Assembly (NCBI GenBank): GCA_963828735.1
Contig: CAWHFW010000005.1
Location: forward strand, 512,001-576,000
Length of the DNA stretch: 64,000 bases
DNA from: an uncultured Gemmatimonadales bacterium
GTDB taxonomy: Bacteria; Gemmatimonadota; Gemmatimonadetes; Gemmatimonadales; GWC2-71-9
Reading direction: 5' to 3'
Position numbers and translations under genes: made by a program. The notes beneath the pieces are model-generated. The model did not search any database. It had not been told where the DNA came from and was given only the letters and a program-made list of their open reading frames with translations. Below, in pieces: positions 49,694-59,917 of the stretch; the first letter of the stretch is position 1; each line of letters starts with the position of its first letter.

Positions 49694-50761
49694 CTACCCA
49701 GAGGTAGCCAATTTGACGCAGCTCTGCGCGACCGTGTCGATGATGCTTAACCGATCAATGAGGCGATCAAAGATGCGCTCGTCACGGGTCACGGCCAGCC
49801 AGCGGCCTCTTTGCGCTACGAGAAGTCTGGCCTTCGTAGTCTCGTCACTACGTTGTAAGTCCGCTAGGCTGATCGATGCTGGATCCAATGCTGGCCCCAT
49901 GATCTGCTCCAGGTCTGCCGCAGTGAGCCATCGCGCGTGTTCAGCCTTTGGCGGACTCCTTCCGGGAAGGATCACCCACTCATCCGATTGCTGTGCCACT
50001 GCAGCGTCTATTTGAATGGAATCGAGAAAGGCACGAAGAAGCTGCGCTGCCGGCTCCACGCCACCGCCCGGCCACTCCAAGCGACCGTTGTCATTGGAGA
50101 TTGTCGGACCGCCAGGAGGAAATGCCATGCCCGGTAAGGGCAAAGGCCAGAGGGTGGATTCTGCGTGAATCAGGGCTGCCTCTAGATAAGGGAAACGTGC
50201 AGCAAGCCGCCAGCGCACTTTTTCGCATTCGCTGACCCCTACAAGCCTGCGACGGACATGACCCGACGTTTCCAAGAACACTAATGCACGGAGACCACGC
50301 ATCCGGGCCAAAATTACTGAGAGTATGAACAGACGCGATGTCAGCCACTCAGACCCCTCACCCAAGTCCACAGCAGCGTAGTCAATCTGCGAAGGGTCAC
50401 GAATCTGGTCGTAGAAGCTCCGCAAAGTCGAGTCATTAATATCGGCTGATTGACCGGCATGACGCAGATCCACCGCACCGCTCATCTGCAGTGGTAACCG
50501 CTGTGCCTCAGCGAAGTCGATCGAGAACCCGCCTACGGAGAGTGACTTTAGGCGCGGCGCAATCAGTCTCGCGACCTCAACAAGACGGCCACGGAATATC
50601 CAGATCACAATGACCAGGACAAGCGGCCAGATTAGGGCACTCACCAAGGCCGCTATGTCTAGCGTAGTGGTTAGCCCTGGACTAGGAGTCGCGAGGCTTT
50701 GCATAGCCTGCACCACCATATCGGCAGAAATCTCATCCACTACCAAGCTCCCGTTTGACAT
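49694..50761 (-). CDS. Hypothetical membrane-anchored protein
   Basis: 355-aa ORF; TM LIWPLVLVIVIWIFR; VDLGEGSEWLTSRLF. Confidence 0.75.
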   Translation of the reverse strand: MSNGSLVVDEISADMVVQAMQSLATPSPGLTTTLDIAALVSALIWPLVLVIVIWIFRGRLVEVARLIAPRLKSLSVGGFSIDFAEAQRLPLQMSGAVDLRHAGQSADINDSTLRSFYDQIRDPSQIDYAAVDLGEGSEWLTSRLFILSVILARMRGLRALVFLETSGHVRRRLVGVSECEKVRWRLAARFPYLEAALIHAESTLWPLPLPGMAFPPGGPTISNDNGRLEWPGGGVEPAAQLLRAFLDSIQIDAAVAQQSDEWVILPGRSPPKAEHARWLTAADLEQIMGPALDPASISLADLQRSDETTKARLLVAQRGRWLAVTRDERIFDRLIDRLSIIDTVAQSCVKLATSG

Positions 50762-51229
50762 CAGTGGTTAGGACCGAGAGCAGCCAGAAGTCGCACCCGA
50801 CGGTCGATCCCCTAGCGCCAGTTGCAAATCGTGGAGTCCTTCGTGGCGTCGGATGCGGCGCCGCAGAGGGAGGCGACCGGCCGGGATCTCGGGGTGTGCC
50901 TTTCACCATTCAAGCGGGAAGTCGGACCCACTTTGCGCAGCGGTACTGCTATCGTCAAGATGCCGCGTTCAGAATGGGGGAACTTTGTGCGAACCTTCTT
51001 ATGGCGGCGATGTCGCGATCTTGTGTTCAAGCGCATGTGCCGTGCCAGGACTGCGTTTGCGCTGTCGCACGGAGCGCAGAACCTAGCTCAGGCGGGACAG
51101 CCGACGAGAAGCTGCCGGGAGGGTTGATCATAACAAACTCACCTGATCCAGCATCGCGAGTAAATCCCGAGGTGACCAGGGGGCCTCCTGAGGTTTGCGC
51201 TTCGAGTTGCGGCTACCCGAAGGGACGTG

Positions 51230-51412
51230 CCGACCTCCCGGTTATCAGGCGAGTTGATTCGTCTTCCATCACCGATATTTTGCCGTCAACGGTAAATCAC
51301 TAACACTCTACTTCATCAGCATTTATCAACCAGACGGCCCCCCACCTGCCGACCTCAAGTGACGTGAAATGCCGCGCAACGCCGCCCTCAATGGACAACA
51401 TAACGGACAACA
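51230..51412. repeat. ~184-bp att/arm module, copy 2 (tRNA part eroded)
   Basis: ccgacctcccggttatcaggcg...atggacaacataacggacaaca. Confidence 0.9.
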
Positions 51413-51449
51413 TGACTTTCCTCCGGAGACAATCAACTGCCACAAAGAC

Positions 51450-52496
51450 TCACTGTCGCACCCAGCTCAACTTCTTTAGTGCGTCCCGTCGAGCGCGGAG
51501 CCAGCGCAACACAAAAGGCCTAGTACGCGGTCCATACACAGCGCCGATAGCGTCGATATATTGTCCGGCCCGACCACTCAATCCGATAATCTGTGACTTA
51601 GGGGGAGCGATGTAGCTGAAATCTGTGTGCCCCCCCTCACCACCTACGTCAAGATCGGGCGCGCTCGCAATCTCGGTATTCGGGCCACCAATCCAGAGGG
51701 TGAGATGGTCGATGTAGTCGCCATAACGTCCAGAAACGCACTTCAAGTACTGGCCTTCCGCCAGGTCTAAGCTCGCCCAGCCGTCGCCGCCGTCCCCGCC
51801 GTGTTGGGGTAACGTTATTCGCTTACCATTCGGCGCTTCGCAGACTAGTTGGAGTGCATCAATCCAGTTGCCTGCTCGAACTCGGACCTGAGCAAGACGC
51901 GCCCCCATCGGGATTGAGTCGCTGAAAGGCTCGCCACCATACCCCCCGACCGGCTCATTGCTGTCGTCATCCACAGAAAGCAGCCGACGGTATTTCAGAT
52001 GCTTGCGCACTGCGTTAGCATGAGCGGTTATGGCGCCATCCAATTCCTCCACTAGACCCTGCATTTCGCGCATGCGTTTGCCGCACTGCCGAGGATCGAA
52101 TCCGTTTGTAAGGTTTGATACGCGGTCAAACTCATTGAGAGTGCTTCGCATTGTGGAAGCCACGTCCTGCGTGGCATAAAGCTTGGCTTCGGCCACTCGG
52201 CGTGTGAGCTGAAGGTACATACGCTGGACCTTCCCCCAGGTCTGCTCTTTGGCCTCGGAGGACTCCTCGCGATCCTCCTCAAAGGTTGAAGCTACCTCTA
52301 CATCCAGCTTAGTCTCGGCAAGAGTGCGAGCCATTCGCTCCGACCAGGCTAAGCGGCGATCGAAGGCTCGCTCCCGGCGAAATCGTGCCAGTGTTGCAAG
52401 TGCGCCCACAACGCCCGCGACAACACCTGTTGCAAGACCAGTGATGATTGCAGCGACAAGGGTAGCTGTGGGCTGGTCGAAGAGCTGTGACTGCAT
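51450..52496 (-). CDS. TM + helical region + jacalin-like lectin domain protein
   Basis: GGYGGEPF, G.WIDALQ, HGGDGG, SGRYGDYID, GRAGQYIDAIG. Confidence 0.85.
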   Translation of the reverse strand: MQSQLFDQPTATLVAAIITGLATGVVAGVVGALATLARFRRERAFDRRLAWSERMARTLAETKLDVEVASTFEEDREESSEAKEQTWGKVQRMYLQLTRRVAEAKLYATQDVASTMRSTLNEFDRVSNLTNGFDPRQCGKRMREMQGLVEELDGAITAHANAVRKHLKYRRLLSVDDDSNEPVGGYGGEPFSDSIPMGARLAQVRVRAGNWIDALQLVCEAPNGKRITLPQHGGDGGDGWASLDLAEGQYLKCVSGRYGDYIDHLTLWIGGPNTEIASAPDLDVGGEGGHTDFSYIAPPKSQIIGLSGRAGQYIDAIGAVYGPRTRPFVLRWLRARRDALKKLSWVRQ

Positions 52497-52668
52497 ATGG
52501 GAGTACCGCCAGTCAAGTGGCTACCGCCGTAGACCGGGTCAGGCACCAGAGACGTGCATCAACCACGTTGGCCCCCGGATGAGTCTTGTGCTTCCCGGGT
52601 CTGTCAGATGTGGCGGCTTCAACTGGACTGGAATGGTGCAACCCAAGATCCGGTAAGCGCGTACCCTC

Positions 52669-55600
52669 CTAGTAGAAGGGTATGTCATCCGCCAGTCTCT
52701 CGCCCACCCAATCCGTCCTGACTGCCAAGGCTGTTTCACTGCCAAAGCCCTCCACGATGGTAGGGATCGTCTGCGCAATGGTGATCGTTGCATACAGTTT
52801 GTCTCCATCAAGCGTACCTTCGATCATATCTAGGGGAGGGTTAGGCCGTTTCATCTCGGTAATGGCGACGATCCGGACCCTATTCCCATCCCAGTCAACG
52901 GCAGTATCGTCTGGCTGCCACTGCTTCTTCAGATAGAGGTATTTGGCATGCCAACGATCATAGTCCCCCTCAAAGCGGTTTACCGCGATAAACGAGGGCA
53001 GCCCGACGCCCGTGTTCTTCCATATCCCAACCCGCGGATCTCTTCTGGCAACCCAAACCCGCTCCGTTGCTCGGCTGTCTCGGAGAGAACCACGTAAGAC
53101 CCTGTCAGGACCGCCGCTACCGCGGGCTAGAGTCCTGGCCGTGTACTCGACGACGCCCTGCCCACCGTGACGTGCTGCATGCCAGAACGTTAGTAGTCCA
53201 GCTTCAGTGTTGCTCCCATCAGCGCCGGGACGCCAACGAATTTCGTTCAGCGGCACCCACTCACGCGTGTCTTGGTAAAAGATCATCCCGACCCAGCCAT
53301 TCCGCGGCAGGCGGCTTAGCTGGAGGATGAACTCCGGTCCATCGTCGGCATCCAAACGACATTCCCACAGCGCACCAGCGGCCTGAACTTGCGGTCGAAC
53401 CTCCAGACCATCAGGGCTAATGGTGCCGAAGCGCGCCACCGCCGCATCAAGGGCGTTCTCAGGGCTCGCGGCATCGGCGATCCGGCGGCTGTTAGCGATG
53501 ACGTACCGAAAGGCGGTGGCGCCTTCTGTGATGTGTCGCGGGTACGTCGCGGGCGGAGCGGGTGGCTCAACGCTCCGATCGACGGTGAACAGGCCGAAGC
53601 GTGCATCGGGCTGATACCCGAACGCCCACTCCCAGTTATCCACAATGGTCCAATGGACGTAGCCAATAACGTTCACTCCCTCCCGGATGGCCCGAAGCAC
53701 TTGCTGCAAGTGTGCGACTGTGTAGGCAGCCCGGTTCCTATCCTGGGACTGGCTTATCCCATTTTCCGTGATGAGGATCGGCAGCGCATACCGCTTGTGA
53801 AAATCCGTTAAGACTTCGTATAGGCCTTCTGGATGAATCGTTGAACCAATGTCATTCCACAGGTACTCCTCCAAGTAGGCGTCGTTGCTCCGCCGGATAT
53901 CTACCTGGTAGTTTCCACCCCACCAGGGTGCCACGAACGCGATCAGTTTGTCGTGCCAAATGTCAACTGCTCGGTAGTACTGGGGGGCGATGAAATCCAG
54001 TTTGCCTGCCCACTCCTCTCTGTGGTCAAGCGCATCCTTGCGCCAAATCTCTGGGTTGTAGTCGCCATTGACGACGGCGTCCAGGAAGTACTTGTTGAAT
54101 TGATAATCAAACTGACTTGTCGCTGCCGTATTGTCGCCCCCAGTGACGGCGTTAACCCACTCTTGAGGCGCCGGCCTTGCGAATTGGACAATATGGGCGA
54201 ATCCGACTTGGGCATGTGTTCCGGCGAGCTCCTTGATCACGTCGTAGGCGCGCACGTGCGCATCAATCAAGTTGAAGTAGACACTCTTCGCGCGCGCCCC
54301 TTTGCCGGTGAACCCTGGTGGGAAGACCCCACCCATGTAGCCTGCCCCGATCATCGAGCCGACGGGCTCGTTCAGCGTGATCCAGTATCGGACGACGTCG
54401 CGGAAATGCGGCACCACGGCCCTTACGAAATGCTCGAACGCCTTCACAGTAACGGGGCTCTCCCAGCCGCGTAGGGAGCGACCGAATCCCGTGTCCGGCC
54501 TCGCGCCGTACATGGAATCTGCTTCGGGCGGCGTCAGCACCCACGCGGGCAGCGACATGTGGTTCAGGGTTAGGATTGGCTCCAGGCCTCGGTTGATCAT
54601 GAGGTCTACCATCTGCCTATAGTGGCCGATCGCGTCAGCGTCGAAATCAGCAGAATCGTAGGGCGCACTATCGATCGCACTGAGTTCCTCGTCACTAAAT
54701 GGTGCACCCGTGTCGTATCGACGATCGAATTCCATCCAGCGGTCGAGATACGCCTGAACCCACACATCCGCCCAAGCTGGTCGATTGTGCTCAATCCGAC
54801 TCCATTCCAGCGAGAATCGATACGCGTTCATACCGAGGAGCTTAGCCCGATCAAGATCCGCTGCAAGAACGTCGAGATTCCAGTGGTCTACGGCCCTTGT
54901 GGGCGGCTCAATCACCAGTTTGGTATTGGCTAGGCGCCCGAGGCCTTCTACTCTGGCCTTGATATGCGCAGACGTCGTGAATTGGTGCCAATCACTGTTC
55001 TTAAGGCCCCCCTCCACCTGGTGGGAGGCGGTTGCGACCCCCCACAGGAATGGGGAATTCTTGTGGTCGAAGTTGACGACGGTCGGCTCCAGCGGTTCCC
55101 ACTCGCTCCAATCGCCGTACTGGCCGTTCTGCCAGCGGTGATAGATCTGGTCGTCGGTGCCCACGATGAAGACCTCGAAGCCGCCGTCGCGGAGCCATCC
55201 CACGGCCACTTCCTTCGCGTCGTGATCCATGGACTCGAATTGGCTCCAGTCGCCATACGCGCCGTTCTGCCAACTGTGGTGGAGCTGGTCGTCGGTGCCG
55301 ACGATGAACACTTCGAAGGCTCCGTTCGACATCCGACCCAGGACTATGCGCTTGCCCGCGGCGCTCATGGTCTCCCACTCGCTCCAATCGCCGTACTGGC
55401 CGTTCTGCCAGCGGTGATAGATCTGGTCGTCGGTGCCCACGATGAAGACCTCGAAGCCGCCGTCGCGGAGCCATCCCACGGCCACTTCCTTCGCGTCGTG
55501 ATCCATGGACTCGAATTGGCTCCAGTCGCCATACGCGCCGTTCTGCCAACTGTGGTGGAGCTGGTCGTCGGTGCCGACGATGAACACTTCGAAGGCTCCG

Positions 55601-56058
55601 TTCGACATCCGACCCAGGACTATGCGCTTGCCCGCGGCGCTCATGGTCTCCCACTCGCTCCAATCGCCGTACTGGCCGTTCTGCCAGCGGTGATAGATCT
55701 GGTCGTCGGTGCCCACGATGAAGACCTCGAAGCCGCCGTCGCGGAGCCATCCCACGGCCACTTCCTTCGCGTCGTGATCCATGGACTCGAATTGGCTCCA
55801 GTCGCCATACGCGCCGTTCTGCCAACTGTGGTAGAGCTGATCGTCAGTGCCGACGATGAACACTTCGAAGGCTCCGTTGGACATCTGCCCCACGACTATG
55901 CACTTACCATCGGCGCTCATGGCCTCCCAGTCACCCCAGTTGCCGTACCAACCGTCCTGCCAAATGTGCTCGATCCGGTTGTCGGGACGCACGACAAATA
56001 CCTCGAAGCCGCCATCGCGCAGGCGACCCAAGGCGATTTTAGCATCGCTCATAAGCAT
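52669..56058 (-). CDS. PLL-like seven-blade lectin propeller fused to a GH1 glycoside hydrolase and a C-terminal domain
   Basis: 7x EVF.VGTD...H.WQ....W..W repeats; WGVATASHQVEG, RFSLEWSRI, TLNEP, ITENG, DNWEW; start uncertain. Confidence 0.9.
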   Translation of the reverse strand: MLMSDAKIALGRLRDGGFEVFVVRPDNRIEHIWQDGWYGNWGDWEAMSADGKCIVVGQMSNGAFEVFIVGTDDQLYHSWQNGAYGDWSQFESMDHDAKEVAVGWLRDGGFEVFIVGTDDQIYHRWQNGQYGDWSEWETMSAAGKRIVLGRMSNGAFEVFIVGTDDQLHHSWQNGAYGDWSQFESMDHDAKEVAVGWLRDGGFEVFIVGTDDQIYHRWQNGQYGDWSEWETMSAAGKRIVLGRMSNGAFEVFIVGTDDQLHHSWQNGAYGDWSQFESMDHDAKEVAVGWLRDGGFEVFIVGTDDQIYHRWQNGQYGDWSEWEPLEPTVVNFDHKNSPFLWGVATASHQVEGGLKNSDWHQFTTSAHIKARVEGLGRLANTKLVIEPPTRAVDHWNLDVLAADLDRAKLLGMNAYRFSLEWSRIEHNRPAWADVWVQAYLDRWMEFDRRYDTGAPFSDEELSAIDSAPYDSADFDADAIGHYRQMVDLMINRGLEPILTLNHMSLPAWVLTPPEADSMYGARPDTGFGRSLRGWESPVTVKAFEHFVRAVVPHFRDVVRYWITLNEPVGSMIGAGYMGGVFPPGFTGKGARAKSVYFNLIDAHVRAYDVIKELAGTHAQVGFAHIVQFARPAPQEWVNAVTGGDNTAATSQFDYQFNKYFLDAVVNGDYNPEIWRKDALDHREEWAGKLDFIAPQYYRAVDIWHDKLIAFVAPWWGGNYQVDIRRSNDAYLEEYLWNDIGSTIHPEGLYEVLTDFHKRYALPILITENGISQSQDRNRAAYTVAHLQQVLRAIREGVNVIGYVHWTIVDNWEWAFGYQPDARFGLFTVDRSVEPPAPPATYPRHITEGATAFRYVIANSRRIADAASPENALDAAVARFGTISPDGLEVRPQVQAAGALWECRLDADDGPEFILQLSRLPRNGWVGMIFYQDTREWVPLNEIRWRPGADGSNTEAGLLTFWHAARHGGQGVVEYTARTLARGSGGPDRVLRGSLRDSRATERVWVARRDPRVGIWKNTGVGLPSFIAVNRFEGDYDRWHAKYLYLKKQWQPDDTAVDWDGNRVRIVAITEMKRPNPPLDMIEGTLDGDKLYATITIAQTIPTIVEGFGSETALAVRTDWVGERLADDIPFY
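55097..55832. repeat. 276-bp tandem repeat, about 2.7 apparently identical copies
   Basis: Units start at 55097, 55373, 55649; diverged flank to ~56040. Confidence 0.92.
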
Positions 56059-56332
56059 TCCCCGACCAGCTCTGTTTGCGTATATGATTTGTGTGGTGGA
56101 GTTATCCGGCGTAACCGCCTTCGTCGGCAACGTGCCGAGTTGCTAACCTGACGCGTAGGCGACCCAAACGGGTACGGCCGGCATACGTGTATCTCAGGGA
56201 TCGGCGGCAGATTCGCCTGGCGCCCAACCCCCGTCCGCATACAACCAGCGGCCAGGGCGGAGCGGACATCCGGCCCCCGCACAGAGGATCGGGTGGCGCC
56301 CAGTAGGATCGGGTGATGCCCACCGGCCCGTG

Positions 56333-57696
56333 CTACCATGAACACTGCGGAAGGGATAAGAGATTGTTCGGCTCGTCGTAGTCAGCAACAGTCTTGATAT
56401 AGCGCTTACCTCGGGCGCTAACCGCCACCTCGACAAGGACTCGATCGCCGACTGGCTGCTCGACCCAGAATTGCTCTCCATCATCGATGGCCCGAATTAC
56501 CTTCTCAACACTTAGCTTCCAGCGTCGACCGTCTGGGTGCACCCCACCCACATATGAAATGCGGCGATCAGGGTCCCGAGGGCGGGGCTTCACAATGCAA
56601 CTGATTTCTGATCCATGCCACTCAATACGTACCTTTCGGGATTCTACGGCACTCACATTCCCTCCCCAATCAACTGCTACTACCTGGAACTCGAATTCTC
56701 CGTTACGGTCACGAAAATCAGGACCTCCCACGGTCTTTCCCATCCACCAAGCACCTTGCTTGGCGTTCGTCCCAACGCGCATCCACTCCCAGTCGCCGAC
56801 GATCATCGGGGGCGAAGTGCTCTTGTATGGATCTTCAGTTCGGACGAAGTACGGCGGTCCACCGTCTTTACGCACGGTCACACGGAGGAGAACATTGGTG
56901 TATTCGCGAGTGTCAATCTGAAACCAGAGGGACGGCACGAACAGGAGGTTGTATGAGTATGCGCTGAACTCTGCAATCGTCGGAGTCGACGGGTTTGAGA
57001 CGACGAAGTCCGAGTCATTCGCCTCCTCATGAGCTTGAATACGCGGACATAGCTCGCCCGGATCGTAGCCATGGTTGTGAAAGTCGTCATGATTGGTGAG
57101 GTATGCCTCACCCGGAGCTGCGATGTTCCATTGACTACCATCAACGCCGCCGCATACTCTGATCCCCTGAGACTCATAAGCATACTCCACGATGCCGTCG
57201 CAGCGGGTATCGCTGATGTCCGAGATTGTACCATCCCAGTCATGAGGCCCCTGGTTTCGCCATTTCGTAGTGACGCAGCATGTCCATCCATGTGTATGCG
57301 ATGTTCTTTCCAAGCATTTGCAATGCTGTATCAGCAATTCTTCGGCGTTGTACTGGCGTGATGCCGGGAGCGGTCCGCGCGCCGTGGTAGACTGATGTTG
57401 GGGCGTACGTGCGGATGAAAGCGTCCCGCAAGGCCGCCATGGTACTGGCGACGTCGGTGTTGGGTGAGGCGAAGGACGTGTCGACCTCAAATTTGACGAC
57501 AACGTCCCCGTAGAAGGACGCCAGATCCCCGTAGGCGTGTACCAGCGTCATGGCTCCGCGGCCTTGTGCGCCGAGGGTAAACCCGGTGTAGATCGCAGAG
57601 TGCCAGGCGCCTGTCCGGACATAGAAGCCCTGGATCTCCATGTCGCGGTACAGCGTCGCCCAGATGCATACCAGTGGCGTAGGGTTCATTGCTCAT
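56333..57696 (-). CDS. Permuted papain-like (NlpC/P60) domain + C-terminal DUF3892-like domain; frameshifted
   Basis: GDA.YRD, WHSAIY, RCDGIVEYAYE, then ISCI.K...RISYVGG...YIKTVAD....NNLLSLPQC, spread over three frames. Confidence 0.65.
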
Positions 57697-58650
57697 AAAC
57701 CACCTGCTCGGCCGACGGTTGTTGACGGATCATAGCTTCGAGCTCCTCGGGGCTGAGCGAACGCCCATCAGGCATTTGCACCAGGCGCTGCGCCTGCGGC
57801 TCGACGAGGTCAGGAACGAGAGTGATCGCACGTAGATATGCCTTTGACTGGCGTTTACCGAGTGCAGCAAGTTTGGCGGGCTCACTGCCGAAGGTAGCAA
57901 TGGCCGCAGCAACAGCTTCGGGACTGGGTCGCTTCGTATCGAACACCGCCAACAACCGAGCAAGGCTTGGAGCAGCCAAGACTGTAGCAGCGGCGGCGAG
58001 CACGGCGGTTGCTTCGGCTACAGTCTTAGCTTGTGTTGCCGCCTTTCCTAACGCCTTTCTTGCCGCTGGGGTGCCGATCATCACCAGTGCCCTCAGATGC
58101 GGGACGCCATGGAGTCGCTCTGGCAAGTATGAGCCTTAGCAGCCCTGCCTCAAGACGTCGAGCCTGTGCTCGTACGCCGGCCAGACCGGCGGGCAGCCTC
58201 TTCCAGCACCAGATCTCCGGATCTCAGCAGAGCGCTCAGCGTTTCGTCGATCTCAGGTCCGGGGTCGTCGATGAGTGAGCGCACCACTCTTGCTCGGATA
58301 CCGATCGGCTGGGCAGCGTCCCCGATCAGACGAGAGGAGACGGCACGTTCGCTCGGACTGAATCTCGCCATCCCGCAGACGCGCTCCAAGTAGTCGACGA
58401 GCGCAGCCCGGGTATGTGCCGTCAGTCTGGTGTCTCCGATGCTATCGAGAATGGATGCCCGGAGCGCGCCGTCGACTTGGGAAGGATCGGGCAGTGACCG
58501 TATGGCCCATTCGCCACGGAGCTGTCCACCAAGATGCTGCGCAGCGGTGTCGAGAACTTGCAGCGCGTCACGAACTGGTAAGGTCTCGAATGCTTTACGG
58601 ATCGTGCGCTCAAGCTCTGAAGATGCTTCGCGCCTGCCTGTGTCTGTCAT
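57686..58650 (-). CDS. Hypothetical alpha-helical (HEAT-like) protein, probably one gene broken near 58130-58190
   Basis: Adjacent ORFs 58150-58650 and 57686-58126; Ala/Leu-rich helices. Confidence 0.45.
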
Positions 58651-58989
58651 CGGAATTCTGAGAGTTGGATAGAATGGGGGACGCAACCTCACGGTCCTAC
58701 TTCATGATTCGCAGCAGTGCTTCCCGTTCTCCGCTTCGCTCGGCGATCCGCCTTTGAACCACCTTCTCAGCGATCATCTCGACGTCGACTTGACATTGCA
58801 GTGTCGATCGCGCGCCTAGATTCGAGTCTTTGGGCGTGCGAGCTGTCGGCCTTAGGCCGACGAGTTCCCATCGAGACACCAGACGAGACCCTTCGAGGGG
58901 CCGGCTACTCGTCGTCTGATGTTGAAGCACCATTGGCTGCCCGCACTATCTCCAGCCTGCCACTGGGCGCCTCAGGTTCCTTGCCGCAG

Positions 58990-59897
58990 CTAGGCTGGCA
59001 CCACACCTTCCTGCCCGATGTGAATCTTTACGCTCGCCTCTCCAATCCTCTCACCGCTCCCGGCCCGCAGACTAATACGGTGCGAGCCCGCCGGAAGTCC
59101 TGAAACCTGTACACAGGTGCCAGTGCCCAGCGGTCCGCTGACAGAGGAACTCCAAGCGAGCAGCTCGCGCTCCGGACGACCCTTCTTCCAGCCAGTTACC
59201 TTGTCCACGGAGCTGTACGGGCTCGCCACGCGCGAAACGGGTCCCGGCCGCCGGTGCTAGGATCATCTCAGTGCACGGCTTTATAGGTACCTTGAAGGGT
59301 CTACTGCTCACATTGACCGTATTCACCCCATCTGTCGCCATGACGGCAATCCTGCAGCGATCACCGCCGGGCAGTAAATCGAAGTCGACCTCTTGTTCTG
59401 TATCGGGGCCACTAAAGCAGAGCGCCATCCAATTGCTGCCGTCATTGTGTGAATAGGCCAACACAAAGTGGACCGGACGTCCCTCCGGGTGCTCCGCAGT
59501 CCATCGTATCACCTGTCGGCCCTTGCCTGTTCGGGGTATCCTCCACGCGAGGCGCACCGCGGGGCCGCTCCGAGGCACCTCGACTTCATGGATGAGGACC
59601 TCGTCACGAAAAATTCGGATGGCGCGCGTCCCTGTAATAAAAGGGACCTTCGCTGCCACGAGCTGTTCGGCTGTCGTACTATGGTCATGGCAGAGCGATC
59701 CCGTGGGGAGGCCGTATCGGAGCATCGTGTGACCGCTCTCGTCGACCAGTTCAGCTACAACGCCACTCTCCGGTGCCTCGACTGCGTATTCGGCTCGGTT
59801 CGTGAGATAGCCAGGTTGTAGGACCAGACTGTTGTCCGGCAGCAGGATGCCGACGATTGTCAGATAATGGCTGCTTCTCGTTTTCTGGTGGGTTCAT
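58990..59897 (-). CDS. Ig/Fn3-like domain hypothetical protein, frameshifted
   Basis: YSHNDGSNW, LPGG..CRIAVMATDGVNT, WSSS..GPLGTG, LPAGSHRISL in successive frames. Confidence 0.65.
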
Positions 59898-59917
59898 AAT
59901 CAAGCCCTTCAGGCGTA

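Noticed and set aside
55097..55832. Diversity-generating retroelement template/variable repeats
   Set aside because: Copies are tandem and identical with no adenine-specific differences; no reverse transcriptase in the window
58697..58933. Small ORF with a VDVEMIAEKV..ER.G tail reminiscent of small contractile-injection-locus proteins
   Set aside because: Similarity too weak to support without a search
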